64,000 nucleotides of DNA, taken from positions 1 to 64,000 of IMG/VR virus record IMGVR_UViG_3300032245_001763; one strand, written 5' to 3'. The notes below the pieces were generated by a model. The model saw only the letters and a program-made list of their open reading frames with translations. It was not told where the DNA came from and searched no databases. A program made the position numbers and the translations under genes. The stretch comes from a virus. Its lineage: Duplodnaviria > Heunggongvirae > Uroviricota > Caudoviricetes. Position 1 is the first letter of the stretch, and every line of letters starts with the position of its first letter. Shown here in pieces: positions 22,903 to 32,539 of this stretch.

Positions 22903-24116
22903 AAAGAGATAAATTAATAGATAATCCAAAATTGATGAATCTTTTTGATTTTGATAAAAATAAAGATTTAGATATCAATAAATTAACTGAAGGTCAAACA
23001 TATAAATTATGGTGGAAGTGTAAATTTAATCATTCATGGCAAGCTAGAATAGCAGATATTGAAAATGGAATTGGTTGTCCACTCTGCTTTAAACAAAAAG
23101 GATCTTCGCTTTATAAGCGTCTTGAATTAATTCACTATTGGCATCCTGATAAAAATGGAATATTATCTCCCGATGATGAGTTTTCTTTTAATAAACAAAA
23201 AATTTGGTGGAAATGTCCAGTTGCCAATGATCATGAATGGCAAACAACTGTAAATTTGAAAAGAGGATGTCCTTTTTGTAACGGTAATAAAGTATGTAAT
23301 TCTAATTGTTTATTAACCACACATCCTGAAACAGCAAAAGAGTGGCATCCTACTAAAAATAATTTAAAACCTAGTGCTGTAACAGCAGGTTCTCATAAAA
23401 AAGTATGGTGGAAGTGTTCAGTTGCTGAAGACCATGAGTGGGAGTCAATAATATCAAAAAGAACTGATGCGTCAAGAAAAAAGCTTAGAGGATGTCCTTG
23501 TTGTAGTGGAAAAAAACTTGTTTTATCTAATTGTGTAGCAACGAAATTTCCAAATCTTTTATTAGAATTTGATTATATTAAAAATTTAAATAAAACGCTT
23601 TATGATGTTGTATTTTCTAGTAAGGAAAAATTTTATTGGAAATGTAAAAAAGGTCATGAGTGGCAAAGTTCTATTTTAGTCAGATGTTCAGGTTCTGGCT
23701 GTCCTGAATGTAAAAATTCTAAAGGTGAAAACAGAGTAAAAGAATATTTGTTATCAAAAAATATTAATTATATATTACAATATAATTTTGGTGATAATAA
23801 ATTGAAAATGCGAGCCGATTTTTTTGTAACTAAAGTTAGACCAAGTATTATTGAGTACAATGGTGGACAACATTATTTTCCTGTAAATTTTGGTTCAAAA
23901 TCTTTTGATGCTAAGGAAAAAAATTTTAAAAAGAATAAAGAACGAGACAAGATTAAATCTGACTATTGTCGAGAGAACAACATAGAATTATTGATCATCC
24001 CATATTGGGACTTTGATAGAATTGAAGAGATATTAGATTCTTGGTTTAATTATGAAGAAGTAAAATTTTCTGAAGAACCAGAAATTGTGAAAAAGTACAA
24101 AGGAAAAAACTTATGA
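22899..24116 (+). CDS. Multi-zinc-ribbon (about 8 WWKC...HEW...GCPxC repeats, DUF4379-like) protein with a C-terminal DUF559/Vsr-like nuclease-fold domain
   Basis: Repeats YKLWWKCKFNHSWQARIADIENGIGCPLC, KIWWKCPVANDHEWQTTVNLKRGCPFC, KVWWKCSVAEDHEWESI...GCPCC and KFYWKCKKGHEWQSSILVRCSGSGCPEC. C-terminus DFFVTKVRPSIIEYNGGQHYFP...ERDKIKSDYCRENNIELLIIPYW. Confidence 0.6.
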   Translation: MKRDKLIDNPKLMNLFDFDKNKDLDINKLTEGQTYKLWWKCKFNHSWQARIADIENGIGCPLCFKQKGSSLYKRLELIHYWHPDKNGILSPDDEFSFNKQKIWWKCPVANDHEWQTTVNLKRGCPFCNGNKVCNSNCLLTTHPETAKEWHPTKNNLKPSAVTAGSHKKVWWKCSVAEDHEWESIISKRTDASRKKLRGCPCCSGKKLVLSNCVATKFPNLLLEFDYIKNLNKTLYDVVFSSKEKFYWKCKKGHEWQSSILVRCSGSGCPECKNSKGENRVKEYLLSKNINYILQYNFGDNKLKMRADFFVTKVRPSIIEYNGGQHYFPVNFGSKSFDAKEKNFKKNKERDKIKSDYCRENNIELLIIPYWDFDRIEEILDSWFNYEEVKFSEEPEIVKKYKGKNL

Positions 24117-24319
24117 ATAACAAAACAAATTCTTTTGGATTAGATATAAGAGATTCAGATGATTACAATTTAAATGGAAAGGAAGGGGTTGGTGATGGAG
24201 AAAGGAAGTTTAATCGTCCTTCCTCAGAAGGAGGAATTTGTATTGGTGGTTATTCTTCAAACATTTTAAATAAATTAAAGTTTAATAAGAGAAAGAATAA
24301 TCATGACAAATCAAAATGA
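24113..24319 (+). CDS. hypothetical protein
   Basis: ORF track, 68 aa. Confidence 0.35.
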   Translation: MNNKTNSFGLDIRDSDDYNLNGKEGVGDGERKFNRPSSEGGICIGGYSSNILNKLKFNKRKNNHDKSK

Positions 24320-24593
24320 ATATAAAGTGCAAAAAAATTTAATAAAAGAAAAAGGTACTAATAAAGTAATTAGAGCTTATTATTCAATTGTTAGATTGGA
24401 GAGATTTTTATTTGATTTAATAGGTCCATATGTTTGGAAAGAATATGTTGAATGGGAATATTGGGCTGATTCATATCATACAAAAAATTGTCATTACGAA
24501 GATATAAATGATGCTATTAATTTAAAAAACAAATTAAATTTTAAGTTATCTAAGAAAGAGATTGAAACGTATGTTGATACGGAGATTTTGTAG
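24303..24593 (+). CDS. hypothetical protein
   Basis: ORF track, 96 aa. Confidence 0.45.
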   Translation: MTNQNEYKVQKNLIKEKGTNKVIRAYYSIVRLERFLFDLIGPYVWKEYVEWEYWADSYHTKNCHYEDINDAINLKNKLNFKLSKKEIETYVDTEIL

Positions 24594-24685
24594 TTATTTA
24601 TTGAAAAAAGTAATATGAGTTTGGTTTAATGACTTTGTAGCAGAATTAACTGCAATTTTTGGCGATTAACAATAAATAGTTTATT

Positions 24686-25198
24686 ATGAAAACATTTAAA
24701 CAATATTTAAAAGAGAATATAGAGCAAGAGGAAAATTTTAGAGACGTTTTTGGGAATCTTTCAAGCGACGATTGGCGTAATATTCTTAAAAGTCTTAAAA
24801 ATATTATACAAAATGCATTTAATTACTTGGATTTAGAAAAAATGAGTGAAGTACATATATTAGATGTTTCCACTTATTTAATGCATAAAAATTATTTAGC
24901 AGCAATTAAGTATTTGTATGATATGGGATATGAACCTGATTCTCGTCGTAAAGATAATTCGAATGATAATGACTATCAAATGTATGTAAATTATTTAAAG
25001 CACATTAAAGATCACAATGTTATATCAGGTAGTGTTGGATTGGTATTCGGTCAAAAGGTTCCAAATGCTTATATTCCTAGACCAAGAATTTCTCCAACAG
25101 AAGAAATTGAAATAAAAAGAACATTTAAATGGCTTAAAGAAAGAAATGAAAAAGACAAAGAAAAAATCAGATCTTATTGGAATAGTCAGTTTAATTAA
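24686..25198 (+). CDS. hypothetical protein, MKTFK-family
   Basis: N-terminus MKTFKQYLKENIEQ. Confidence 0.5.
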   Translation: MKTFKQYLKENIEQEENFRDVFGNLSSDDWRNILKSLKNIIQNAFNYLDLEKMSEVHILDVSTYLMHKNYLAAIKYLYDMGYEPDSRRKDNSNDNDYQMYVNYLKHIKDHNVISGSVGLVFGQKVPNAYIPRPRISPTEEIEIKRTFKWLKERNEKDKEKIRSYWNSQFN

Positions 25199-25480
25199 TT
25201 ATATGTTTTCATGAAAAAATATATTTAATATAGAGAATTGTCTTATTTCTGATGATTTTCAAGAAAAAGTCAACAAACTGGTACGGTTTTGTCATCATTG
25301 AATGTAACATGTTGATGTTTAGAACAATTAAAATGAAATTAGATGATTCTGCGAAGATTAATTTGTTGCTTTTTTAATTTTTATTTTTGACATCACCAAT
25401 CGCTGATCCAGTAATCATTAATAAAATAAATTAAACTGAAAAAGAATGTGCTAATTTCATTATAGTAGATATAAAAAGTT

Positions 25481-25903
25481 TTGGTGCTAGTCGTCTTTAA
25501 AAAGAAAGTGATTTATAAAATGATTAATTGTGTTCATTTTAAGAGTAGTGATAATAGATTTTGGTTACTTATAAATAATGAGATAGAGGAAGAAATTCTT
25601 GAAGAAGATTGGATTGCTTTCAAATCAAGATTTGAAGAGATAACACAAAATAGACCTAGATCTGACCAATTTCCTGAATCTAAACTAGATTTTTTAGAAA
25701 CAAATTTAACAAAAACTTTTTTAAATTTTTATAATGGTTTTTATGTTACAAACGAGGAAATGCAAGAACTTTGTTCGATGTATTTATCAGCATTAAGAAA
25801 TAAATTGAAAAATGAGTCTGATGTTTATATTTTAGGACGTTATCCTGGTCAAAGTTGCAAAGTTCTGATGTCAGATGGTGGTTTTTATACTTTTAATGCT
25901 TAA
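25481..25903 (+). CDS. hypothetical protein
   Basis: ORF track, 140 aa. Confidence 0.45.
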   Translation: MVLVVFKKKVIYKMINCVHFKSSDNRFWLLINNEIEEEILEEDWIAFKSRFEEITQNRPRSDQFPESKLDFLETNLTKTFLNFYNGFYVTNEEMQELCSMYLSALRNKLKNESDVYILGRYPGQSCKVLMSDGGFYTFNA

Positions 25904-25916
25904 TAAGGAATAAATT

Positions 25917-26462
25917 ATGAATAGTTCGAGCGATTGTTATTTTAGTAATGGCGGAATTAATTATTCGGATAAATCAGATTTTAATCATAAAAGAAATAAT
26001 ACGTGGTATCTTGGTTCTGTTGAATATGCTACACAATCTTATTTCAATGATAAAATTATTCAGGAAATTGATAAAAAAGAATGTGATAAAATCATTAGTC
26101 GAATTAATGATAAACCATTTATTGTAGTGAGTGTTGTAACTAGTTTTAATACAATAAAGCATGTTAACTACATAGATAGATTTTCATTTGAGCAGGAAGC
26201 GAAAGAATTTATTTTAAATAAAGAAAAAGCCAGAAAAGAATCTTTTAGAATCAGAAAAGAATACATATATGCTTATCTTAATCGATGTGGTTATGGTGAA
26301 TTAAAAGGTATACAAGCTAAAGTTAAGTATTATACTAGTATTTATAATTTATCTCTTTATCTTTCAGACAATCCATGTTATGATGGACAATTTCCTGGTT
26401 ATGATCCGCCTGAAAGTATTTCAGATGGCATTTATTTTTTTGTTGAAATTAAAGAAAAGTAG
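25917..26462 (+). CDS. hypothetical protein
   Basis: ORF track, 181 aa. Confidence 0.45.
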   Translation: MNSSSDCYFSNGGINYSDKSDFNHKRNNTWYLGSVEYATQSYFNDKIIQEIDKKECDKIISRINDKPFIVVSVVTSFNTIKHVNYIDRFSFEQEAKEFILNKEKARKESFRIRKEYIYAYLNRCGYGELKGIQAKVKYYTSIYNLSLYLSDNPCYDGQFPGYDPPESISDGIYFFVEIKEK

Positions 26463-26523
26463 TAAAAACTAAAACATATAAAAAACTAATATTGTAGTTG
26501 ATTTTGATTTTAAGGAATTTAAA

Positions 26524-26751
26524 ATGAATGAGTTGGAAGATAGTAAATTTGAGTTCAATTTAGTTTTTACCATTTCTAAAGAATATTTAAATATAATTAA
26601 TAGGAATAGAACTGAAGAGGATAAGATTACGTGGGAGAAATTTACTTCTAAAATGAATATTGCTAAAATGCATGAAAACATGAGAAAAATGTGTGATTCG
26701 GCAATTAAAGCTGAGTGTGATTTGGCTTTAGATTATTTTGTAATGTTTTAA
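26524..26751 (+). CDS. hypothetical protein
   Basis: ORF track, 75 aa. Confidence 0.45.
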   Translation: MNELEDSKFEFNLVFTISKEYLNIINRNRTEEDKITWEKFTSKMNIAKMHENMRKMCDSAIKAECDLALDYFVMF

Positions 26752-26761
26752 GGATTTTTTA

Positions 26762-27046
26762 ATGAAAAAGAATTTGTGGTGTAAACTTTTAGATTTTAAT
26801 GGTGATATGAGTACCATAGAGAATCTTTCTGAAGAAAATACAGTTAATCAATTTATTAAATCTTGTCTTTTTGGTAAGCATGCTATGTTATTTGATGGCA
26901 TGACATTGGTTGCGTCTTACGCACATGATGATATATGTAAATGTTTTAGTTTATATGAATATAATCCTGATAATAAATACAAAGAGATTATATCTAGAAT
27001 AAGAAGTGTATTCGCTTCAATCCAAAAATCATTGGAGCCAGTATGA
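26762..27046 (+). CDS. hypothetical protein
   Basis: ORF track, 94 aa. Confidence 0.45.
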   Translation: MKKNLWCKLLDFNGDMSTIENLSEENTVNQFIKSCLFGKHAMLFDGMTLVASYAHDDICKCFSLYEYNPDNKYKEIISRIRSVFASIQKSLEPV

Positions 27047-27441
27047 ATTTGGAAGATTACAATAAGTTAAAAGAAAACTTTGGAATCATAAAATATGATT
27101 CTAATCTTGATAACGCTGTTTTTCAATTTAAACGAATACATATTTCTTTAATAAAAAAAATTATGAAAAATCGTTCTGAAATCAAACCACAACAAGACCC
27201 AGAACAGAAATGATTTACAAATGTTGTTTGGGTTGGTACTATGATGCATTGACTTCATGTTCCGTGTGTTATCAATTTATTGACCAATGTCGTTGTTCCA
27301 GTTTTATTGCCACGTCACATTGATGTTAAAGAGTTTTGTTTAAATAGTGAGAATGAAACAAAAAGTGCTTCCTAGTTATTATAAATTAAAAGACTCAATT
27401 ACATTTCAAACACAAAATTTGTGTGCATAAGGAAAAGTTAA

Positions 27442-28020
27442 ATGAAAACAGGATATAAAGCTACTTATGATTATATTTGTATCAATCATAAGTTTGAAAT
27501 TGGTCATTCTTATGAATTATCACATAAGCCAATTCCTTGTCAATATGGGTTTCATTATTGCGTAAATCCGAAAGATGTTTTGCATTATTACCCAATTCAA
27601 CATAAGTTTCGTTTACTTGAAATTGAAGATTTAGGTGAATCAATTACTGAAGGTGATAAATCGGTAACAAATAAAATTCGAATTATTCGAGAAGTTCCAA
27701 AAGAAGAATATTATCCTTTATTTGGTATTGTTAATAATAAATTAAAGTTTGTTAACATATTTGGTTGTTTGGAAAAACGTGAATTTGATGAAAGAAATAA
27801 TTGTATTTATTATGAAAAATCAAATGGTGATTGGCAAAAATACACATATGATGAAAGAAATAATAAAATTCGTTATGAAGAGTCGGGTGGATATTGGGTA
27901 AAACATGAATATGATGAAAGAAATAATCAAATTTATTATGAAGATTCAAATGGTTATTGGGACAAATACACATATGATGTAAACAATAATTATTTGAAAA
28001 CAGAAAGAGGACATAAATGA
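27442..28020 (+). CDS. GFHYC-domain plus MORN-variant repeat family protein
   Basis: MKTGYKATYDYICINHKFEIGHSYEL...GFHYC...LLEIEDLGESITEGDKSVTNKIRIIREVPKEEYYPLFG, then YDERNN repeats. Confidence 0.65.
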   Translation: MKTGYKATYDYICINHKFEIGHSYELSHKPIPCQYGFHYCVNPKDVLHYYPIQHKFRLLEIEDLGESITEGDKSVTNKIRIIREVPKEEYYPLFGIVNNKLKFVNIFGCLEKREFDERNNCIYYEKSNGDWQKYTYDERNNKIRYEESGGYWVKHEYDERNNQIYYEDSNGYWDKYTYDVNNNYLKTERGHK

Positions 28021-28753
28021 AAACTGGATATAAAGCTACATACGATTTTATTTGTCTAGATCATAAATTTGAAATAGGTCAAACTTATGAATTACAAGGA
28101 ACTCCAATTCCTTGTGAATATGGATTTCATTATTGTGTAAATTCGAAAGATGTGTTGAAATATTATATAATTAAACGTGATTTTCGCGTGATTTTCGATT
28201 ACTGGAAATTGAAGATCTTGGAGAATCAATCGTTAAAGAAGATAAAACTGTAACAAATAAATTACGTGTTGTTCGAGAAGTTCCAAAAGAAGAATATTAT
28301 CCTTTGTTTGGGATTATTAATAACGAATTAACAATTACTAAGTCATCTGGTAATTGGGAAAAACGTAAGTTTGATGAAAGAAATAATTGTATTTATCTTG
28401 AATATTCAAATGGTTTTTGGTCTATACATGAATATGATGAAAATAATAATTTAATTTATGTTGAATATTCAAATGGTGAATGGAAAAAATACAAATATGA
28501 TGAAAATAATAATTTAATTTATGTTGAATATTCAAATGGTGAATGGAAAAAATACAAATATGATGAAAGAAATAATCTAATTTATTCTGAAAGTTCAAGG
28601 GTTTATTGGGTAAAACGAACATATGATGAAAATAATAATGAAATTTATTATGAAGATTCATCTGGTGATTGGAAAAAACGCAAATTTGATCAAAATAATA
28701 ATTGTATTTATTATGAAAAATCAAATGGTTATTGGCAAAAAAAACACATATGA
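28017..28753 (+). pseudogene. GFHYC/MORN-family gene disrupted by an 11-bp tandem duplication (CGTGATTTTCG) at about 28192-28202. It is split into ORFs 28017-28253 and 28304-28753.
   Basis: Actual AAACGTGATTTTCGCGTGATTTTCGATTACTGG versus the paralogue-expected AAACGTGATTTTCGATTACTGG (K-R-D-F-R-L-L-E-I-E-D-L-G). Removing the 11 bp restores LLEIEDLGESIVKEDKTVTNKLRVVREVPKEEYYPLFGIINNELT in frame. Confidence 0.7.
28435..28560 (+). repeat. Perfect 63-bp tandem duplication (2 copies), equal to one 21-aa MORN-variant repeat unit (EYSNGEWKKYKYDENNNLIYV)
   Basis: 28435-28497 is identical to 28498-28560. Confidence 0.8.
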
Positions 28754-28792
28754 TGAAAGCAATAATTGCTTAAAAACAGAAAGAGGACATAA

Positions 28793-29308
28793 GTGAAAAC
28801 TGGATTCAAAGCAACCTATAATTTTATTTGTTTAAATCACAAGTTCGAAATTGGCAAAACTTATGAGTTACCAAGAACTCCAATTCCTTGCGAATATGGT
28901 TTTCATTATTGTGTAAAACCAATTGACGTTCTTGAATATTATCCAATTCAACATGATTTTCGTTTGTTGGAAATTGAAGATCTTGGAGAATCAATCGTTA
29001 AAGAAGATAAAACTGTAACAAATAAGATTCGGATTATTCGAGAAATTCCAAAAGAAGAATATTATCAACTATTTGGAATTATCAATAATGAATTAAAATA
29101 CTTCACCAGATTTGGCAATTGGATAAATCAAAAATTTGATGAAAGAAACAATCCAATTTATTATGAATATCTAACTGGTTATTGGACAAAACGTGAATAT
29201 GATGAAAGAAATAATCTTATTCATTCTGAAGACTCATTTGGCTATTGGGAAAAACATGAATATGATGAAAATAATAATCTTTTAACAAAAGAAATAGGAC
29301 TCAAATGA
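28793..29308 (+). CDS. GFHYC-domain plus MORN-variant repeat family protein
   Basis: MKTGFKATYNFICLNHKFEIGKTYELPRTPIPCEYGFHYC. GTG start; ATGA overlap with the next gene. Confidence 0.6.
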   Translation: MKTGFKATYNFICLNHKFEIGKTYELPRTPIPCEYGFHYCVKPIDVLEYYPIQHDFRLLEIEDLGESIVKEDKTVTNKIRIIREIPKEEYYQLFGIINNELKYFTRFGNWINQKFDERNNPIYYEYLTGYWTKREYDERNNLIHSEDSFGYWEKHEYDENNNLLTKEIGLK

Positions 29309-29910
29309 AAACTGGATATAAAGCTACTTACGATTATATCTGCAGAGATCACAAGTTCGAAATTGGTAAAACTTATGAGTTATCAAGAACTCCAATTCTT
29401 TGCAAATATGGTTTTCATTATTGTCTAAAACCAAAAGACGTTTTAGATTATTATCCAATCAATCAAGAGTTCCATTTATTAGAAATTGAAGATTTAAGTA
29501 GTCAAACACAATTAGATTATTTTAAGCGTATTAGTGTTACTAATAAAATTAGAATTATCAGAGAAATAGTTGATAAAAAAGAATTTTTAAATCTGTTAGG
29601 TAGTTATCATCAGTATGATGATAACAAAAATTTAATTTATTCTGAATATACAAATGGTTATTGGAAAAAGTTTTACTATGACGAATTAAATCGTTTAGTG
29701 TTCAACACGGACTCGGATAATCTGTGGTTTAAACGTAAATATAATAAAAATAGCAGATTAATTTATTATGAAGATTCATTTGGTTATCATGAGTGTTTTG
29801 AGTACGATGAGAATGATTGTAAAACTTATTATAAAAATTCAACTGATGGCGAATTTAGATACACATATGATCAAAATGTTGTAAAAATTCAAAAATTGGA
29901 GTCTAAATGA
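29305..29910 (+). CDS. GFHYC-domain plus MORN-variant repeat family protein
   Basis: MKTGYKATYDYICRDHKFEIGKTYELSRTPILCKYGFHYC. Confidence 0.65.
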   Translation: MKTGYKATYDYICRDHKFEIGKTYELSRTPILCKYGFHYCLKPKDVLDYYPINQEFHLLEIEDLSSQTQLDYFKRISVTNKIRIIREIVDKKEFLNLLGSYHQYDDNKNLIYSEYTNGYWKKFYYDELNRLVFNTDSDNLWFKRKYNKNSRLIYYEDSFGYHECFEYDENDCKTYYKNSTDGEFRYTYDQNVVKIQKLESK

Positions 29911-30398
29911 AAACAGGATATAAAGGTACTTATAATTACGTTTGTAAAAATCAAAAGTATGAAATTGGAAGTTCATATGAATTATTATTTGAACCACGTA
30001 TTTTTTCATGTGGATTTCATTATTGTCAAAAAGCTTCTAATGTTTTATTGCACTATCAAGATTATGTTTTTGAATTTAAACTCTTAGAAATTGAAGATTT
30101 AAGTAATTGTGCAGATACTTATTTTGATTCTGATAATTATTCTACTAACAAAATTAGAATTATTAGAGAAATTAGTGATAAAACTGAGTTATTGAAATTA
30201 CTTGGTAGATATCATGAGTTTAATTCAGACAAAAATGTTACTTATTGGGAATCTTCTGATGGTCGTTGGGCAAAATACAGCTATAATCATCATGGAGACT
30301 TATGTTTTTTAGAAGATTATAACGGTGTTAAGTGTGAATTTATCTATAATTCTGATAGAAGGTTTTTAAAAACAAAAATGTATGAAAACAAATTTTAA
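29907..30398 (+). CDS. GFHYC-domain family protein
   Basis: MKTGYKGTYNYVCKNQKYEIGSSYELLFEPRIFSCGFHYC. Confidence 0.6.
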   Translation: MKTGYKGTYNYVCKNQKYEIGSSYELLFEPRIFSCGFHYCQKASNVLLHYQDYVFEFKLLEIEDLSNCADTYFDSDNYSTNKIRIIREISDKTELLKLLGRYHEFNSDKNVTYWESSDGRWAKYSYNHHGDLCFLEDYNGVKCEFIYNSDRRFLKTKMYENKF

Positions 30399-30600
30399 AT
30401 TTTTATTTGCTATATTTTCAATATTTTTAATATCTGGTTGCAAGCAACATGAGCAACAAGATATTGAAGAACAAAAATTTGTTACTATAAAAGAAAATGG
30501 TGATATATGTACCAACATGTCACTTAGTTATAGAGTTGATGATTATCAGATTGAATCCGAAAAGATTAAAATAACTATAAAAATAGAAAAATTAAAATGA
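30382..30600 (+). CDS. putative small lipoprotein
   Basis: MKTNFKFLFAIFSIFLISGCKQ with an LISGC lipobox. Confidence 0.5.
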   Translation: MKTNFKFLFAIFSIFLISGCKQHEQQDIEEQKFVTIKENGDICTNMSLSYRVDDYQIESEKIKITIKIEKLK

Positions 30601-30911
30601 TTAAAAATTTAAATAATATGTCTGATGAAGAAATTCTAAGCACTTTTGAAATAACTTCAGAAGAGTGTCGTGAAAACACAGAATTGTTTTCTGAATTAGA
30701 TAAAAAATTTCCAAATTCTGTTTTGGATGATTGCTTCATGTCTGTAAAGGAAGCAACATTTTATTTGTTTGCTGGCGTGGGGGCGTGCTCTCCACAATTA
30801 TATCAAATAGGTTTGGAAAAAATATCTGAATTAACAGGTAGAGAATTGGATGATTCTTTAAGAAAAGAAATTAAAGATTATTTGAACGAGTTGCCATGTC
30901 CACTTGATTAA
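30597..30911 (+). CDS. hypothetical protein
   Basis: ORF track, 104 aa. Confidence 0.45.
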   Translation: MIKNLNNMSDEEILSTFEITSEECRENTELFSELDKKFPNSVLDDCFMSVKEATFYLFAGVGACSPQLYQIGLEKISELTGRELDDSLRKEIKDYLNELPCPLD

Positions 30912-30920
30912 GAGGTTTTT

Positions 30921-31334
30921 ATGTTAGAATTAAAAGTTGTTTTAAATGAAAATTATGGTGGTTTTCATTTAACTAAAGAAATGGCTGAATGGTTAGAAAA
31001 AGAATGTTCTTGGACTATTGTAAATCAAAAAGATTATGATTATAAACAAAAGTATCCAATTAATACTTTGTTGGATATGGGTGGAAATATGTTTATGAAT
31101 CCATCTAATAATGATTCAATAGAATTCAGATCAAATCAAGATTTAATTAAATGCGTTTTGCACTTTAAAAAAGTGCATGAAAATGATGATTACATGGAAT
31201 CTCATTATGGGCAAATTCATAATTTGAACATAAAAAATGTACAAATTGAATTGGGAATAAAAGACTATAATGATGGAAAAGAGAAGGTTTATTCTAACGT
31301 TTTAGTAGAAGATTACGAGGAAGATTATGAATGA
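30921..31334 (+). CDS. hypothetical protein
   Basis: ORF track, 137 aa. Confidence 0.45.
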   Translation: MLELKVVLNENYGGFHLTKEMAEWLEKECSWTIVNQKDYDYKQKYPINTLLDMGGNMFMNPSNNDSIEFRSNQDLIKCVLHFKKVHENDDYMESHYGQIHNLNIKNVQIELGIKDYNDGKEKVYSNVLVEDYEEDYE

Positions 31335-31599
31335 ATTTAGAATCAAGAAACATGTTGTTAAAAAAAATGATACTAATGAAATAATAGAAACGTATTATAC
31401 TATTGAAAAATTTTGTGGCAAAATTTTTATTTTTTGGGGTAAAGAGATTTGGGTCGATTATTTAATTCATGTTGATTCTTGTGAATTTTATGATCAATAT
31501 GAAATTATTGAATATGAAAATTTAGAAGAAGCACAAAATGAATGTGCAAGATTGAATGGAATATATTCTTCATATTATGAAGAAACATCAATTATTTGA
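31327..31599 (+). CDS. hypothetical protein
   Basis: ORF track, 90 aa. Confidence 0.45.
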   Translation: MNEFRIKKHVVKKNDTNEIIETYYTIEKFCGKIFIFWGKEIWVDYLIHVDSCEFYDQYEIIEYENLEEAQNECARLNGIYSSYYEETSII

Positions 31600-31967
31600 T
31601 ATATAATTAATATTTATTTTGAAAGGTTTTTTATGAAACGCATAAGAGTGGATATTCCAGATAATTTTTTGTTTGCCTCTTGGTTAACAAAAACTCCAAA
31701 ATTTTTAGTTGGTAAAAGAAGACCAGTAGTTTCTGAAACAAAACCAGATGTGTTAGTTGATTTTTTACTATCATACGATGAAGGTGAGGACAATTATGAC
31801 GAAAACCTTTTCTGAAATTCTTTCTTTTAAAGAAACTAATAAATTTAAAGAGCTTGAAGAAAAAATAAAACAAAAGAATAAAGAAATACAAGAATTGTGG
31901 ACACAATTGAATCGTGAATGTCCTATAGGACCAGATCGTACTTGGGCATTAAGTTTGTCTGACGAAG

Positions 31968-32246
31968 TTGTTTCTTGTTCATTGCAGTATGATTGCAATT
32001 GTTGGGATTGATATTATGAAAAAGCATACTTGCGGCAATTGTGGAAAGCAATATTCAAACCATTATCATGAAGATGAAATTTATTGTTTTGAACACACAA
32101 ATGGTGATGTGTTTTCTTCTGAACCATCACAAGGTGAAATATGCACTTATATGGCTACTTATTATTCTGATTTATATGAAAAAATAATAGAAAATTGGAA
32201 GATTGAAAATGGTCATTTGGATAAGCATTTTGATGAAAAGGCTTAA
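31968..32246 (+). CDS. hypothetical Cys/His-containing protein
   Basis: CGNCGKQYSNHYHEDEIYCFEHTNG suggests a small zinc-binding module. Confidence 0.4.
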   Translation: MFLVHCSMIAIVGIDIMKKHTCGNCGKQYSNHYHEDEIYCFEHTNGDVFSSEPSQGEICTYMATYYSDLYEKIIENWKIENGHLDKHFDEKA

Positions 32247-32252
32247 TTTAAA

Positions 32253-32528
32253 ATGAAAATAAAAATTTTTAATGATTATCATGAAATTCAAGATACAAAA
32301 GCTTGTTATTCTATTGAATTGGGTTGTTTTCCACCAAAAGGTGGTGAGTGTTATAAATATTTTGCTTTATTTTATAATAAAAAATTATCTAAACCAAAAT
32401 ATGAAGATGTTAAAAAAAATCTATTTAAAAAAATAGATTTTGGTGATTTTATACACTATAGAACCGGAAAGAACATTAGTATTTCACAAGAAGAAGTAGA
32501 AAAGTGTGTTAGAGATGCATTGAAATAA
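32253..32528 (+). CDS. hypothetical protein
   Basis: ORF track, 91 aa. Confidence 0.45.
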   Translation: MKIKIFNDYHEIQDTKACYSIELGCFPPKGGECYKYFALFYNKKLSKPKYEDVKKNLFKKIDFGDFIHYRTGKNISISQEEVEKCVRDALK

Positions 32529-32539
32529 ATATATAAATC

